From Pseudomonadota bacterium (lineage in GTDB: Bacteria > Pseudomonadota > Gammaproteobacteria > JAKAQQ01), in NCBI GenBank assembly GCA_027320085.1, contig DAHVLZ010000032.1:1-44223 (forward strand): a stretch of 44,223 nt of DNA, in the 5' to 3' direction. Every line of letters starts with the position of its first letter. Positions within the stretch are counted from its first letter, which is position 1. The position numbers and the translations under genes are program-made. A model generated the notes under the pieces. The model ran no database searches. It was not told the DNA's origin and worked only from the letters and a program-made list of their open reading frames with translations. Below are positions 30,635 through 40,132 of the stretch, one piece after another.

Positions 30635-30660
30635 CAGGGAGAAAGAAGAAGGGATGCCCG

Positions 30661-30714
30661 CTAGAAGGGATGACCGAGCCACCACGCCCAAGCCGCCGTG
30701 CGGCAAGCCGACAT
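30661..30714 (-). CDS. trpL: trp leader peptide (17 aa)
   Basis: MSACRTAAWAWWLGHPF-stop with three Trp codons, just upstream of the attenuator hairpin. Confidence 0.85.
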   Translation of the reverse strand: MSACRTAAWAWWLGHPF

Positions 30715-30953
30715 GCGGAATGTCACCGGCGACGCCACAACCCGGCCGCGAGCCCGGGCGGTTTGGGGAGTGTGGCCCTGACGGGTTCCTGCGGGAGTCA
30801 ATCTACCCTCGAGGCCGGCTCTGGCCGACGACTGCGGATGTGGACAGATCCATGATAGCCTGAACCGGATGGGCTGACAAGAAGCAGCCCCCATCCAATC
30901 TCCGGGGAAACCCCGGCCTCGGGAGCACGGTGCTGGGTCAAGGTTCATCTGCC

Positions 30954-31874
30954 ATGCAGTCAGGGTCCGGTGCCCTCGCGGGGGAGGGGAGGAAGCCCCT
31001 TCTTTCTGCCATCGTCATCAACTACCGTCTCCCCGACTTGACCCGCCGCTGTGTGGCGGCGCTTTCTCTGCCCATCGCCCAGGTCTACGTCGTCGACAAC
31101 TCCGCCCAGCCGGAATCCGCCCGTCGCCTGGCCGAGTCCCTGGCCCACCTGCCGCCGGAAGCGCCGCCGGTCCGGGTGCTGGAGGCGGATGCGAACCTGG
31201 GCTTTGCGCGCGGGATCCAGTTCGGGATCGACCACGCGCTGGCCGAGCGGTCGTGGGACGGTTTTTTCATCATCAATAATGATGCACTCGTCCAGCCGGC
31301 CCTGCTCGAACGGATGGCCCGGGTCTGGGACAGCCAACCGGGTCCGGTTCTCGTGGCCCCCGCGCACGACGACCGGGGACAGCCCCTTCGTCTCTGGTAC
31401 CACCGGGTTTTGGGTATCGTGCTTGAGCATCCCTGGTGGGGGACCGTGCCTTATCTCAGCGGGACCTGTCTTCTGGTTCCGACCGGCTGGGTCAGCCCCT
31501 TCCTGTTTGATCCACACTTCTTCATTTATGGCGAGGATATCGAGCTCGGCTGGCGTCTCGGTCGGGCCGGGGTTCCCCTGGTCACCGTGACCCCCCTCTC
31601 GGGCGAGTTCCGGCATGAGGCCAATCGCTCGACCGGCAACGGGAGCCTTTTTTACGAATATCACATCAACCGGTCACATCTGATCCTGGCCCGCAAACTG
31701 TCCCGTCCGGGCGGGGACCGGCTGGGACTCGTCCTCGGTCGAAGCCTCATGCTGCCGGCCCGGGCCCTGGTCCGGAGCCTCAGGGGGGGGGGGTGGACCC
31801 CCTGGGCGGGACTCCTCCGGGCCCTTGGGGAAGATGCACCTCCCCCTCCCGGGGAGAGGGAAGCGCAGGGATGA
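30954..31874 (+). CDS. Glycosyltransferase family 2
   Basis: IVINY, VVDNS, NLGFARG, NNDA and FFIYGEDIE; start uncertain. Confidence 0.88.
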   Translation: MQSGSGALAGEGRKPLLSAIVINYRLPDLTRRCVAALSLPIAQVYVVDNSAQPESARRLAESLAHLPPEAPPVRVLEADANLGFARGIQFGIDHALAERSWDGFFIINNDALVQPALLERMARVWDSQPGPVLVAPAHDDRGQPLRLWYHRVLGIVLEHPWWGTVPYLSGTCLLVPTGWVSPFLFDPHFFIYGEDIELGWRLGRAGVPLVTVTPLSGEFRHEANRSTGNGSLFYEYHINRSHLILARKLSRPGGDRLGLVLGRSLMLPARALVRSLRGGGWTPWAGLLRALGEDAPPPPGEREAQG

Positions 31875-32968
31875 GTCGAGCCGGCGTGGGGGCGGGCGCG
31901 CGGGTGGCGATCCTCTGGGGCAGCGGTCTCGGGGATGTCCTGGTCATGCGTCCCCTCATCGAGTCGTTCTGTCGGCGGGGCGACCAGGTCGTGTATTTCA
32001 CGCGGGGCGACCGGTGCCGGCCATTGTTCGAGGCACTCGCCCTGCCCGTCCGGTTATGGGTTCTGCCGCCACATCCGGCTCAAGCGCTGAAATCCCTTCG
32101 TGCGGCCGGCACCTTTGATTGGGTCTATACGGGGCCCGGTTCCGGTTGGCCCACGCGGCTCCTCTGCCACGGGGTCCGGCGCTCGGGGCCGGAAGCCCGG
32201 GTCGTGGTCTCGCGCCGGAAGGCTTTTGTGGCGGATGGAATTGTCCAGGATCTCGTGGCGCTCGGATTGGCCCATGAACCCCCTCCGCCTTATGGGTCCC
32301 TGCCGCTCTTCCCGGGAGGGCCGCGGGCGCAATCGCCCGGGTCCGCCTCTCCTTATCTGCTTCTCCATCCCGGCGCCCGTTCCGACTGGCGGACCAAGTC
32401 CTGGCCCGCAACCCGCTGGCAGAGGCTCGTTCAAAGCCTGTGTGCGGCGGGCTGGTCGCTCGATCTTGTCGGCACCGCCGAGGAACGGGAGGGGCTTGAG
32501 TCCCTGGTGCCCCGACCTGTCGCGAAAGGCGCCGTCGATCTGCGGATCGGCGACTCGCTCGCCGGACTCGAGCGCGCCGTCGCGCACGCGGCGGGGGTGA
32601 TCTGCCACAACTCCGGCGTCATGCACCTGGCACTCGCCCACCGCCGTCCCACCGTCGTTCTGACGGGATCTTCGGCCCATCAGTGGCGGGCTCCCTACCC
32701 CCGGGTTTTCAACCTGGGTTCCGGCCGGTGCCATCTGGCCTGCAACCGGCGGCATTGTCCGGTGCCGGGTTTCCGGGCCCGCTGCATCCGCTTGCTCACT
32801 CTCGATGCCGTGGTCGAGACTTGCCTTTCACTGTGGGGTGAATCCCGCGAGCCCACGGATGCGCTTGCCCCTGCGGAAGGCCCCTCTCCCCCTGAGCCTT
32901 CCATTCCCACGCCCGAGGACGGTTCCCGACCGGCCAGGGATTTCCTTCGCGAACCGGGAAGGAGGTGA
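31871..32968 (+). CDS. Glycosyltransferase family 9 (heptosyltransferase-like)
   Basis: GLGDV, LHPGA....KSWP and NSGVMHLA.A; ATGA overlap with the GT2 gene. Confidence 0.85.
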   Translation: MSRAGVGAGARVAILWGSGLGDVLVMRPLIESFCRRGDQVVYFTRGDRCRPLFEALALPVRLWVLPPHPAQALKSLRAAGTFDWVYTGPGSGWPTRLLCHGVRRSGPEARVVVSRRKAFVADGIVQDLVALGLAHEPPPPYGSLPLFPGGPRAQSPGSASPYLLLHPGARSDWRTKSWPATRWQRLVQSLCAAGWSLDLVGTAEEREGLESLVPRPVAKGAVDLRIGDSLAGLERAVAHAAGVICHNSGVMHLALAHRRPTVVLTGSSAHQWRAPYPRVFNLGSGRCHLACNRRHCPVPGFRARCIRLLTLDAVVETCLSLWGESREPTDALAPAEGPSPPEPSIPTPEDGSRPARDFLREPGRR

Positions 32969-33197
32969 CCCCGTGAATCGCGGGTTCGGACGCCCTTGCA
33001 GTACCGGGGCTCGAGGCAGGACCGGCCTGTCCATTGCATCGCGTGTTGCCGACGGGCGGTCCGATCCCGCTTGCGCCGGCCGGCGGTCTTGCGGCGCCCG
33101 ACCCCCCCCCGCACGCTTGACAGTGTCCTCCTGTCGGTGCAAGACTCAAGTCATCCGATAATAAGCCACCCCTTTCCCCACTTCCGGATCAATCCCG

Positions 33198-35003
33198 ATG
33201 ACGCGCGCCTTCGGTATTCGCCTTGCGCTGACCCTCTTGGTCCTGGGCTGTGCGGTGAGTGCCGCGCTCCGTTTCACCCCGGCGATTCCCCAGGCGCACT
33301 TCTGGGTGCGCCTGGTTCATGTGCGGGGTGATCTTTATCGCGTCCAGCAGCGCACCGGGTTTGTTCTGCCCAAGGGGCTTGAAGTCGGGGATCGGATTCC
33401 GATCGGACAACTGACGGCATCCTCCCGGGCGGTCCTTCTGAAACGTGCGGCGGTACTGCCGGGCACGACCCTCCGCATTCCGATCGAGCGCGCCGGCCAC
33501 AGGCTCGAAGTGACACTGCGGGCACAGGCAGCAACCCGACCGCCGGCCATGTCTTCGGGGTACGCGATCCTCCTGTCTCTTGAGCTTGTCATCTTCCTGG
33601 CCGTCATGCTCGCCATCGTCCTCTTGACGCTCTGGCGCGGGCGGAACTGGTCGGCCTGGGCATTCTCGGCAGTGTTTATCCTCCAGCTGCTGGACAAGGG
33701 GCTGTTTGAGTTGCCCGCATCGCCCGGATGGTTCATTTGGATGCAGCAAGGGCATGCTCTCAGCACCATTCTGCAGTTGGCGGCCCTCTGCATCATCGCT
33801 GACGCCTTGGGCGGAGGGGGCCTGCCGGGCCGGCAACGGCGGGTGGCCCGGATCGGCTTTGCCACCCTGATTGGCTTGATGGTCATTTGCTACGAGATCG
33901 CGAACAGCGCATTGATCCTCGATGGCCTGAGGGTTTTCCCGACCGCGCTGGTGGGCGTGATGGATGTCGCCCTCGGTGCACTTTCCCTCGCTGCTTTTGG
34001 CCTGATCCTCCTCGTTTTGATCGGCGGGTATCGTCTCGCACCCCATCAGGAGCGGCTGCGCATCCGCTGGGTGTTCTGGATCACCGCACTACTCGGGATA
34101 ACCGTCAGCGCGAGCGTCTTCTTGCTCAACAGCGCAAGCTTCGAACAGAACCCCTACCTGTTTCAGCTGGTTGACCTCACCTTGATGCTGTGTCTCGTCG
34201 GTTATCTCTACGCCATCCTGCGAACCCGGTTGATCGACGTGGGATTCGTGGTGGACCGGGCATTGGTGTTCGGTTTTCTCACCGCACTCGTGTTTGGCTC
34301 ATTCTCCCTTCTTGAAGAGGGGCTGCACCAGTTTGCCGTGAGTGACAAGGTGGGCTGGATCCTCCAGGCGCTCGTTGCGCTCGTGTTGGCGATGGTGCTG
34401 AGTCCGCTGCACCGGCGGCTCGAGCGCTGGATCGAACGGCTGTTTTTCCGCAGCCAACAGCTTGTCCTCCTCGCCATCGAGCGCCTTGCGCGCGAGTGCC
34501 CGTTCGTGGAGCGCGAGAGCGATCTGCTCGAGCGGGTGATCGAGCGCCTCAAGCCTGAGTGTGCGGGGGTTGCGGTCTACGAACGCGCCGGGAACCGTTA
34601 CCGCCGGCTCGCGGCGAGCGCGGACGGGTGGCCCGAGGCGGTTGATGTCGACGATGCCGCATTCATTGCGCTGCGTGAGTCCCATGAACCGGTGGCACTT
34701 GCAGCACAGGCCAACCAGGTCGGTTCCGAAGGGCTGGCGCTGCCGATGACGGTTGCTGAGTCGCTCCACGGTGCGCTCGTCTGCCGGCCTCGTGATGGCG
34801 AGCAGTTTTCGCACGAGATGCGCGGGGTGCTCGCCAACCTGGCGCACCAGCTTGGCATGGCGCTCACCGGATTGCGCCATCAGGAGCATGCGCGGCTCGT
34901 GGCCGACGTGGCGGCAGGACGAATCGATCCGGAAACGGCGCGTCGGCGCGCCCTCACCCTGGTTGCAGGTGGGCGGCTCCAGGCGGACCCCGGCCCGGCC
35001 TGA
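33198..35003 (+). CDS. Multi-TM membrane protein with PDZ-like N-terminal region and GAF-like C-terminal region
   Basis: GLEVGDRI...IERAG, about 10 hydrophobic segments, YAILR.RL.D and LALPM.....LHG.L.C. Confidence 0.65.
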   Translation: MTRAFGIRLALTLLVLGCAVSAALRFTPAIPQAHFWVRLVHVRGDLYRVQQRTGFVLPKGLEVGDRIPIGQLTASSRAVLLKRAAVLPGTTLRIPIERAGHRLEVTLRAQAATRPPAMSSGYAILLSLELVIFLAVMLAIVLLTLWRGRNWSAWAFSAVFILQLLDKGLFELPASPGWFIWMQQGHALSTILQLAALCIIADALGGGGLPGRQRRVARIGFATLIGLMVICYEIANSALILDGLRVFPTALVGVMDVALGALSLAAFGLILLVLIGGYRLAPHQERLRIRWVFWITALLGITVSASVFLLNSASFEQNPYLFQLVDLTLMLCLVGYLYAILRTRLIDVGFVVDRALVFGFLTALVFGSFSLLEEGLHQFAVSDKVGWILQALVALVLAMVLSPLHRRLERWIERLFFRSQQLVLLAIERLARECPFVERESDLLERVIERLKPECAGVAVYERAGNRYRRLAASADGWPEAVDVDDAAFIALRESHEPVALAAQANQVGSEGLALPMTVAESLHGALVCRPRDGEQFSHEMRGVLANLAHQLGMALTGLRHQEHARLVADVAAGRIDPETARRRALTLVAGGRLQADPGPA

Positions 35004-35358
35004 GGGGCGGGCCGGATGAGGAGCCGGGACGGCTGCCCCACGCAACCGTGACGGGATCCTGGGGACGGGTATGGAATATCCGTGGACCGGGGAGCCGTCC
35101 TCCGGAGCGGGCTCGAAGTGATGGGTGACCTGGCCCGGGTTTCCCACCCGCCCGATGTGTCCCTTGCCGGGTCAGGGTCGTGATGGCCGTGTCATCCCAC
35201 TCGGCCCTCCGGGCGGGTGGTGTTCCAGTCCGGGGGCCCAGGCCGTTGGGGATACCCCATGCCGGCGAGCCAGCCTCCCACGGTCAAACCAGCCCTGGAC
35301 CGCCCGGTATAGTGGATGGGAAAATTTAGACAAAAAACCAGGGGGGTTTAAGAACATT

Positions 35359-35655
35359 ATGGGCTCTCTTCGAAAGCGCTATCCCCTCGAACTGAAGGTC
35401 AGGGTTGTCCTCGAAATCCTGAAGGAAGAGAAATCGGTGACCCAACTGGCATCCGAGCACCAGATCCATTATTCGCAACTCCTGAAATGGAAGAAGCCGG
35501 TTCTGGAAGGCCTTCCGAATGTCTTTGGAGATCCGAAGACCGAGGCCCTGAAAACCACCCACGAGAAGGAGGTCATGGCGTTGTATCAGGAGATCGGCCA
35601 GTTGACCACCCCACTGGCTTGGTTGAAAAAAAGTCCGGGATCAGCTGAGCCATGA
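35359..35655 (+). CDS. IS3 transposase OrfA
   Basis: RKRY..E.K.RVVLE.LK, LYQEIGQL and WLKK; A7G slippery site at 35626-35633. Confidence 0.85.
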   Translation: MGSLRKRYPLELKVRVVLEILKEEKSVTQLASEHQIHYSQLLKWKKPVLEGLPNVFGDPKTEALKTTHEKEVMALYQEIGQLTTPLAWLKKSPGSAEP

Positions 35656-35668
35656 ACAGCGCAAGGGC

Positions 35669-36511
35669 TTGGTCGACCCCGATTGTCCGGAATTTTCTCT
35701 CTCCACACAGGCGCTTCTTCTGGGAGTGTCCCGGTCCGGGCTCTATTACAAGGCGATCTCTCCCTCAAAAGAAGAGGGGGCTCTTTGGCACAGGATCGAC
35801 GAGATCTATACCCGCTGGCCTTTCCATGGAAGCCGCCGCATTGCGGCTGTTCCCAAACGAGAAGGACTCCTTGTGGGAAGAGCCCGCATTCAGACCGCCA
35901 GGCGGGAAATGGGAATCGAAGGGATCCATCCTGGGCCCAACCTCGGCAAGCGGGCTCTGGAGCACAAGATCTATCCCTATCTTCTTCGCAATGTCACAGC
36001 CCAGTACCCGCACCATGTCTGGGGAATCGACATTACCTATATCAGACTTCTCCACGGCTGGATGTACCTCGTGGCCATCATCGACTGGCATTCCCGGTTT
36101 GTTGTCTCTGGGGAGCTGGATCAGACCTTGGCGATGCCGTTTGTCCTGGACGCCGTGGATCGGGCTTTTCCGACCGCTTCTCCGGCCATTTTCAACAGTG
36201 ACCCGGGATCTCATTTCACCAGTGACAGCTATCTCGATCGCCTCCTTTCCCGGAACATCCAGGTCAGTATGGACGGGAAAGGACGAGCCACGGACAACAT
36301 CTTCACGGAACGGCTCTGGAGAAGCCTCACGTATGAAGAGGTGTACCTCAACGAATACGATACGCCTCGCCAGGCCAGAGAAAGAATTCGGGACTGGTTC
36401 ATCTTCTACAACACGAAACGACCTCACCCGCCTCTGGACGACCCAACCCCTTGGGAGGTTCTTTCAGAAGGAGAAAAAACAAACCCTCCCAGGAACAGGA
36501 CCAAAGATTGA
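35669..36511 (+). CDS. IS3 transposase OrfB (DDE)
   Basis: WGIDITY, NSDPGS.FT, DNIFTERLWRSL and YN.KRPH. Confidence 0.85.
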   Translation: MVDPDCPEFSLSTQALLLGVSRSGLYYKAISPSKEEGALWHRIDEIYTRWPFHGSRRIAAVPKREGLLVGRARIQTARREMGIEGIHPGPNLGKRALEHKIYPYLLRNVTAQYPHHVWGIDITYIRLLHGWMYLVAIIDWHSRFVVSGELDQTLAMPFVLDAVDRAFPTASPAIFNSDPGSHFTSDSYLDRLLSRNIQVSMDGKGRATDNIFTERLWRSLTYEEVYLNEYDTPRQARERIRDWFIFYNTKRPHPPLDDPTPWEVLSEGEKTNPPRNRTKD

Positions 36512-36596
36512 ATCCGTTTCCAAGACATTCCTCTTTCCTGAGATTTATGTGCTTAGAAAAGGCCTAAAAACTGTCTTGACAAACCGATCCACTTCC

Positions 36597-36879
36597 CTCG
36601 TTCGTATGCAAGAAACTCGGCCCCCTCTAACAGCGCAGCCTGCGGATGGCGATCCGCAAGGCTGATCAGCCGCCACAGCATGGGAAATGCGAGAACGAAT
36701 ATGGCGATCACCATGATCGCAAAAATCCACACATTCTTTACCAACCATGCATCCAGCATGATTAATAGCGACATAAAGCATACAGTGAAGGTAACCTTTC
36801 CAATCACCCCCCCGCCCTTCAGAGTTGCCTTTGAAAGCCCCTGCAGCGCCTGATCTAGATTGAATGGCAAGAAGTTCAA
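36597..36879 (-). pseudogene. Small membrane protein whose 3' end runs into the IS3 right end
   Basis: Two TM segments, then ADRHPQAALLEGAEFLAYE, reading directly into the IS terminal repeat. Confidence 0.5.
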
Positions 36880-36977
36880 GGAACCCTCACACCGCTTCTG
36901 ATCCTTTGGTGACGCGCTGCAACGTCGCTCCGATGGGGCAGCATCTTTTCACAGCGACGAGCTTTCATGAAACCGCC

Positions 36978-37244
36978 TTACCGCCGCTGCGCGGCGACGT
37001 ACCGCTTCAGCGCGTTGTCCATGCGGGTTTGCCACCCTGGACCTGTCCCGCGGAAGAATTCCAATACGTCCTTCGAGATCCGAAGCGTCGTCTGCGTCTT
37101 TTGGCCCGATCCCGCCGGCCGGCCGCGGCGGACGAGCTTCTTCCCGTGGTAAAGATCGGCCCCGGCGATCCACTGGCCGGTGACCTCTGGGGCGTCATCG
37201 GGATCACGCCAGGTGCGGTGCGAGCCTTTTGATTTCACGCTCAT
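36978..37244 (-). CDS. brnA: BrnA antitoxin
   Basis: DPDDAPE, RGRP....K...TLR...DVLE.FR.TG.GWQTR.D.AL. Confidence 0.9.
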   Translation of the reverse strand: MSVKSKGSHRTWRDPDDAPEVTGQWIAGADLYHGKKLVRRGRPAGSGQKTQTTLRISKDVLEFFRGTGPGWQTRMDNALKRYVAAQRR

Positions 37245-37480
37245 TGGCTTTCCTCATGGAGATGATCCGCCGCGCCTTGCCACGCGGCGTCCAAACGATG
37301 ATGACAACCCTGCCGCTCAGCCTGCCAGCGCTGATGAAACGGGGCTCACCGTAGTCCCTTCCTTCGGTCATCGAGCCGCGTCAGATGCGGCCCGTCGAAA
37401 ACCTCTCTGGCCTGCCGAAAATCGAGTCCCCGCTCCTCGAGAGACCGCCTCCGCTTGGCACGGTCGAAGGTAATCCTCAT
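37204..37480 (-). pseudogene. brnT: BrnT toxin inactivated by a 4-nt duplication
   Basis: MRITFD.AK....ERGLDF..A..VF; removing one CCTT at 37357-37364 restores DDRRDYGEPRF...RIISMRKANERE. Confidence 0.85.
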
Positions 37481-37487
37481 GGTATTT

Positions 37488-37516
37488 ATCGTAGCGACAT
37501 TTATTTAATCGCGCAA
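37488..37516 (-). promoter_or_regulatory. brnTA promoter, probably leaderless
   Basis: TTGCGC-N17-TACGAT, ATG 7 nt downstream. Confidence 0.55.
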
Positions 37517-37943
37517 CCCGTCCCGCCGCGCGCAGAAGCCGGCAGACGGAACCACGGGGTGAACCGTTGGGATTAGTGCACTGCACAGTCCTGTTCAACG
37601 GGGCATGAGCCCGGAACCGGGTCACAAAGCGCCTACCCAGTACATGGACTCCCGGACGGCTTCCCGGCAAGGTTTACCCGAGCCCGGGGCCATCGCGCCC
37701 TTTCCCACGCTCACGCGAACGCTCCGGCTCCGGCGGCCCCACTACCCGCGCAAGCATCCGGTCCCGCTCGCGTCTGGCCGCCACCCGGTCACCCGAGACA
37801 TCGAGGATCGAAACCCGGATCTCCCGCGCCTCCCGCTCGATCCGGCCCAGCTCAGAAGGAGGTGTCATTCTTTACCTCACTGCAAAACACAGCCCCTGAT
37901 CTACCCCACCCAATGAAGACATTTCAGACAGGGATGGGCAGAC

Positions 37944-37984
37944 AATGCATTTGCATTGAAAAGACAATGCGATTGCATTACTAT
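37944..37984 (+). promoter_or_regulatory. prlF-yhaV promoter and operator
   Basis: AATGCATTTGCATTG-N6-CAATGCGATTGCATT inverted repeat (13/15) overlapping TTGAAA-N17-TACTAT. Confidence 0.7.
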
Positions 37985-38016
37985 TCAAGTGTTTCCCCCT
38001 TTGCCTGGAGAGCGCC

Positions 38017-38346
38017 ATGCCTGCCACCCTCGAAGTCGAATCCACGCTGACTGACCGCTTCCAGACGACGGTGCCGGAAACCGTGCGCCGCGCCCTGCAT
38101 CTGGACAAGCGCGACAAAATCCATTACTCGATCCGTTCCGGCGGCGAAGTCGTGCTGACGCGCGTCGAAGCCCCCGAGGGCGACGACCCGGTACTCGGTC
38201 AGTTCCTGGGCTTCCTGGCTCGCGACATCGCCAGCCATCCCGAACGCTTGCAGGCCATCAACACCAGCCTCGTCCAGCGCATCCAGTCGCTGGTCGGCGG
38301 CATTGAAGTGGATCTCAATGCCGCCCTGTCGGCAGATGATGAATGA
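38017..38346 (+). CDS. prlF: PrlF (SohA) antitoxin
   Basis: ESTLTDRFQTTVPE.VRRAL.L, DDPV.GQFL.FLA.DI..HP and VDL.A.LS.DDE. Confidence 0.92.
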   Translation: MPATLEVESTLTDRFQTTVPETVRRALHLDKRDKIHYSIRSGGEVVLTRVEAPEGDDPVLGQFLGFLARDIASHPERLQAINTSLVQRIQSLVGGIEVDLNAALSADDE

Positions 38347-38849
38347 GGACGGACAGGCCGACGGATCTGGTCACTCACGGCTGGACGGTTTTCGCTCACC
38401 CACTGTTCGGGGCTCAGCTTGAAGCTCTGGTCCTGGAGGTCGAGTCCCTCAAGAAAAGGGATCCGGGCGGATATGGGAGGAAAAACGCCAGCAAACGATT
38501 GGCGGGGATCACCCGGTTGGCGTTCGAAATCATCCCGCAAGACCCGACCCGACCGGAATACCGGCCAGGTGGCAGCCTGGGTGAGGGGCACAAACACTGG
38601 TTCCGGGCCGAGTTCTTCCAGCAGTACCGGCTGTTTTTCCGCTACCACACACCCAGCAGGGTGATCGTGTTCGCGTGGGTCAACGATGGGGATAGCAAGT
38701 GCGCCTACGAGAGCCGCGACGATGCCTACCGGGTGTTCCGCAAGATGCTGGAGGGGGGGCATCCTCCGGACGACTGGGATCAGTTGCTGGCCGAAGTGCG
38801 TGCCTGGGGTGAGCGGCTACAGCGATTCGCTGCAGGTCTTGCACCGTAA
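38343..38849 (+). CDS. yhaV: YhaV toxin
   Basis: GW.VFAHPLF, IPQDPT, HWFRA.FFQQYRLFFRY, AWVND and DAY.VF.KML..GHPPDDW. Confidence 0.9.
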   Translation: MRTDRPTDLVTHGWTVFAHPLFGAQLEALVLEVESLKKRDPGGYGRKNASKRLAGITRLAFEIIPQDPTRPEYRPGGSLGEGHKHWFRAEFFQQYRLFFRYHTPSRVIVFAWVNDGDSKCAYESRDDAYRVFRKMLEGGHPPDDWDQLLAEVRAWGERLQRFAAGLAP

Positions 38850-39215
38850 GGCTTGGGCTCGCCGACGGACAGCGGGGTCCGGGGGGCATTTGCGAGGGTG
38901 GGGAAGATCACTCTCCCGTGACGACCGATGGGTTGCGGCATCCGGCATCTTCCTCGGCACCCTTCAAGAAAGAACCACGCTGTCTCAGGCAGGCAACGGC
39001 CGCCATTTCCGGCTTGCACCAGACACCGCTTTCTCCAACAGCGGGTCTGCTGCGCCCGAGCGCTCATCTGGGGGTGCTCAACCCGGATTCCGGCCGCTGA
39101 CCTTGGCCTCCGTCGTCAAGGCCCGCTCCGGCCTCTCGGGAGCCCCAGCCTGCCGGTGCCGGGCGCGCCATCCACAGCCTGACCTGGCGCGTCGGTCGAG
39201 GGAGCCCCCCGCCGG

Positions 39216-39698
39216 CTAGTGGAACAGGTCCCGCACCTTGCTCAGGAAGGAGCCTTTCCGCATCCGTTTCAGGGTCACCGCCCACTGGTCCTCCGCGATC
39301 ACCTTTCTCTTGGTCTCGGCCTCTTCCTTTTTCATGAGCTCCAGAACCCTCGTATCCTCATCCGCATCCAGCCAGTACCCATGCTGGTTCTCGCAAAAAT
39401 CCATTTCGAGATCGTAGAGCCGATATCGGAATCTCTTGAGCGGAGCATTGCATTCGGGACACGGGGCCGTTGTGGGCGAGGAACTGAAGACCAGCGTTCC
39501 CTTGGCGTCCTCGCCGAAATCGAAAGCCTCATCTTCCAGTTCGTCGAGCTCCTGACGCTCGAACCACATCCCCTGGCAGGAGGGACAGATCTTGACCTCG
39601 ATCTTGTGCCGGACGGTTGGCACGAGATCCGATTTGCAGGTGGGACATTTCAAGTTGGCCTCCGGCTCATCAGCGTTCGGGTGTCGGTCGGATCCCAT
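39216..39698 (-). CDS. zf-TFIIB-type tandem zinc-ribbon protein
   Basis: CPTC, CPSC.G.W....EL, CPEC and C...HG.WLD; start uncertain. Confidence 0.75.
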   Translation of the reverse strand: MGSDRHPNADEPEANLKCPTCKSDLVPTVRHKIEVKICPSCQGMWFERQELDELEDEAFDFGEDAKGTLVFSSSPTTAPCPECNAPLKRFRYRLYDLEMDFCENQHGYWLDADEDTRVLELMKKEEAETKRKVIAEDQWAVTLKRMRKGSFLSKVRDLFH

Positions 39699-39861
39699 CG
39701 CGGGATCTTCTCATTCTACGCCACCGAACCCGGTCCGAATGCGCGAGCGGGCGGATTGAAGACCACGACACGTGGGAGGGCCCATTTCCGGATTTCCGGG
39801 GTCTGCGATTCAAACCGGTGCCGATTTCCGCCCGATCAACCAGGCGTCCTCCCAATCTTGC

Positions 39862-40030
39862 TGTGTCAAGAATGATGTATCCCATTCGCTTCTTCATTGC
39901 GCGGTGGGGTTCGAGGGGAGTGCGGGTACGATTGGAGCGATATCTGGGGCATTTGGCGACGGTGCCTGGGGCACGCCGACAGGGTCGCCGGGCTCAAGGG
40001 CTACTGCACCGGGCTGGCGACGACGCTCGC
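39862..40030 (+). mobile_element. IS701-family left-end remnant
   Basis: ctgtgtcaag IR-like end; ERYLGHLA and LGHADRVAGLKGYCTGL in two frames. Confidence 0.65.
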
Positions 40031-40132
40031 CGAGGCGGGTCCGTTCAAGCGCCTCGGGAGACCGGGGTGCGTACATACGCCACGAGTGGTTGAGTTCCTT
40101 CCTGTCAGCACTCCCACCGACAACGGCATCCA

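Larger units (their letters stand above)
35308..36596 (+). mobile_element. IS3-family element, probably decaying
   Basis: Imperfect IRs agtggatggg..agaca / tgtct..ccgatccact; orfA/orfB layout; AT-richer than the flanks. Confidence 0.85.
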
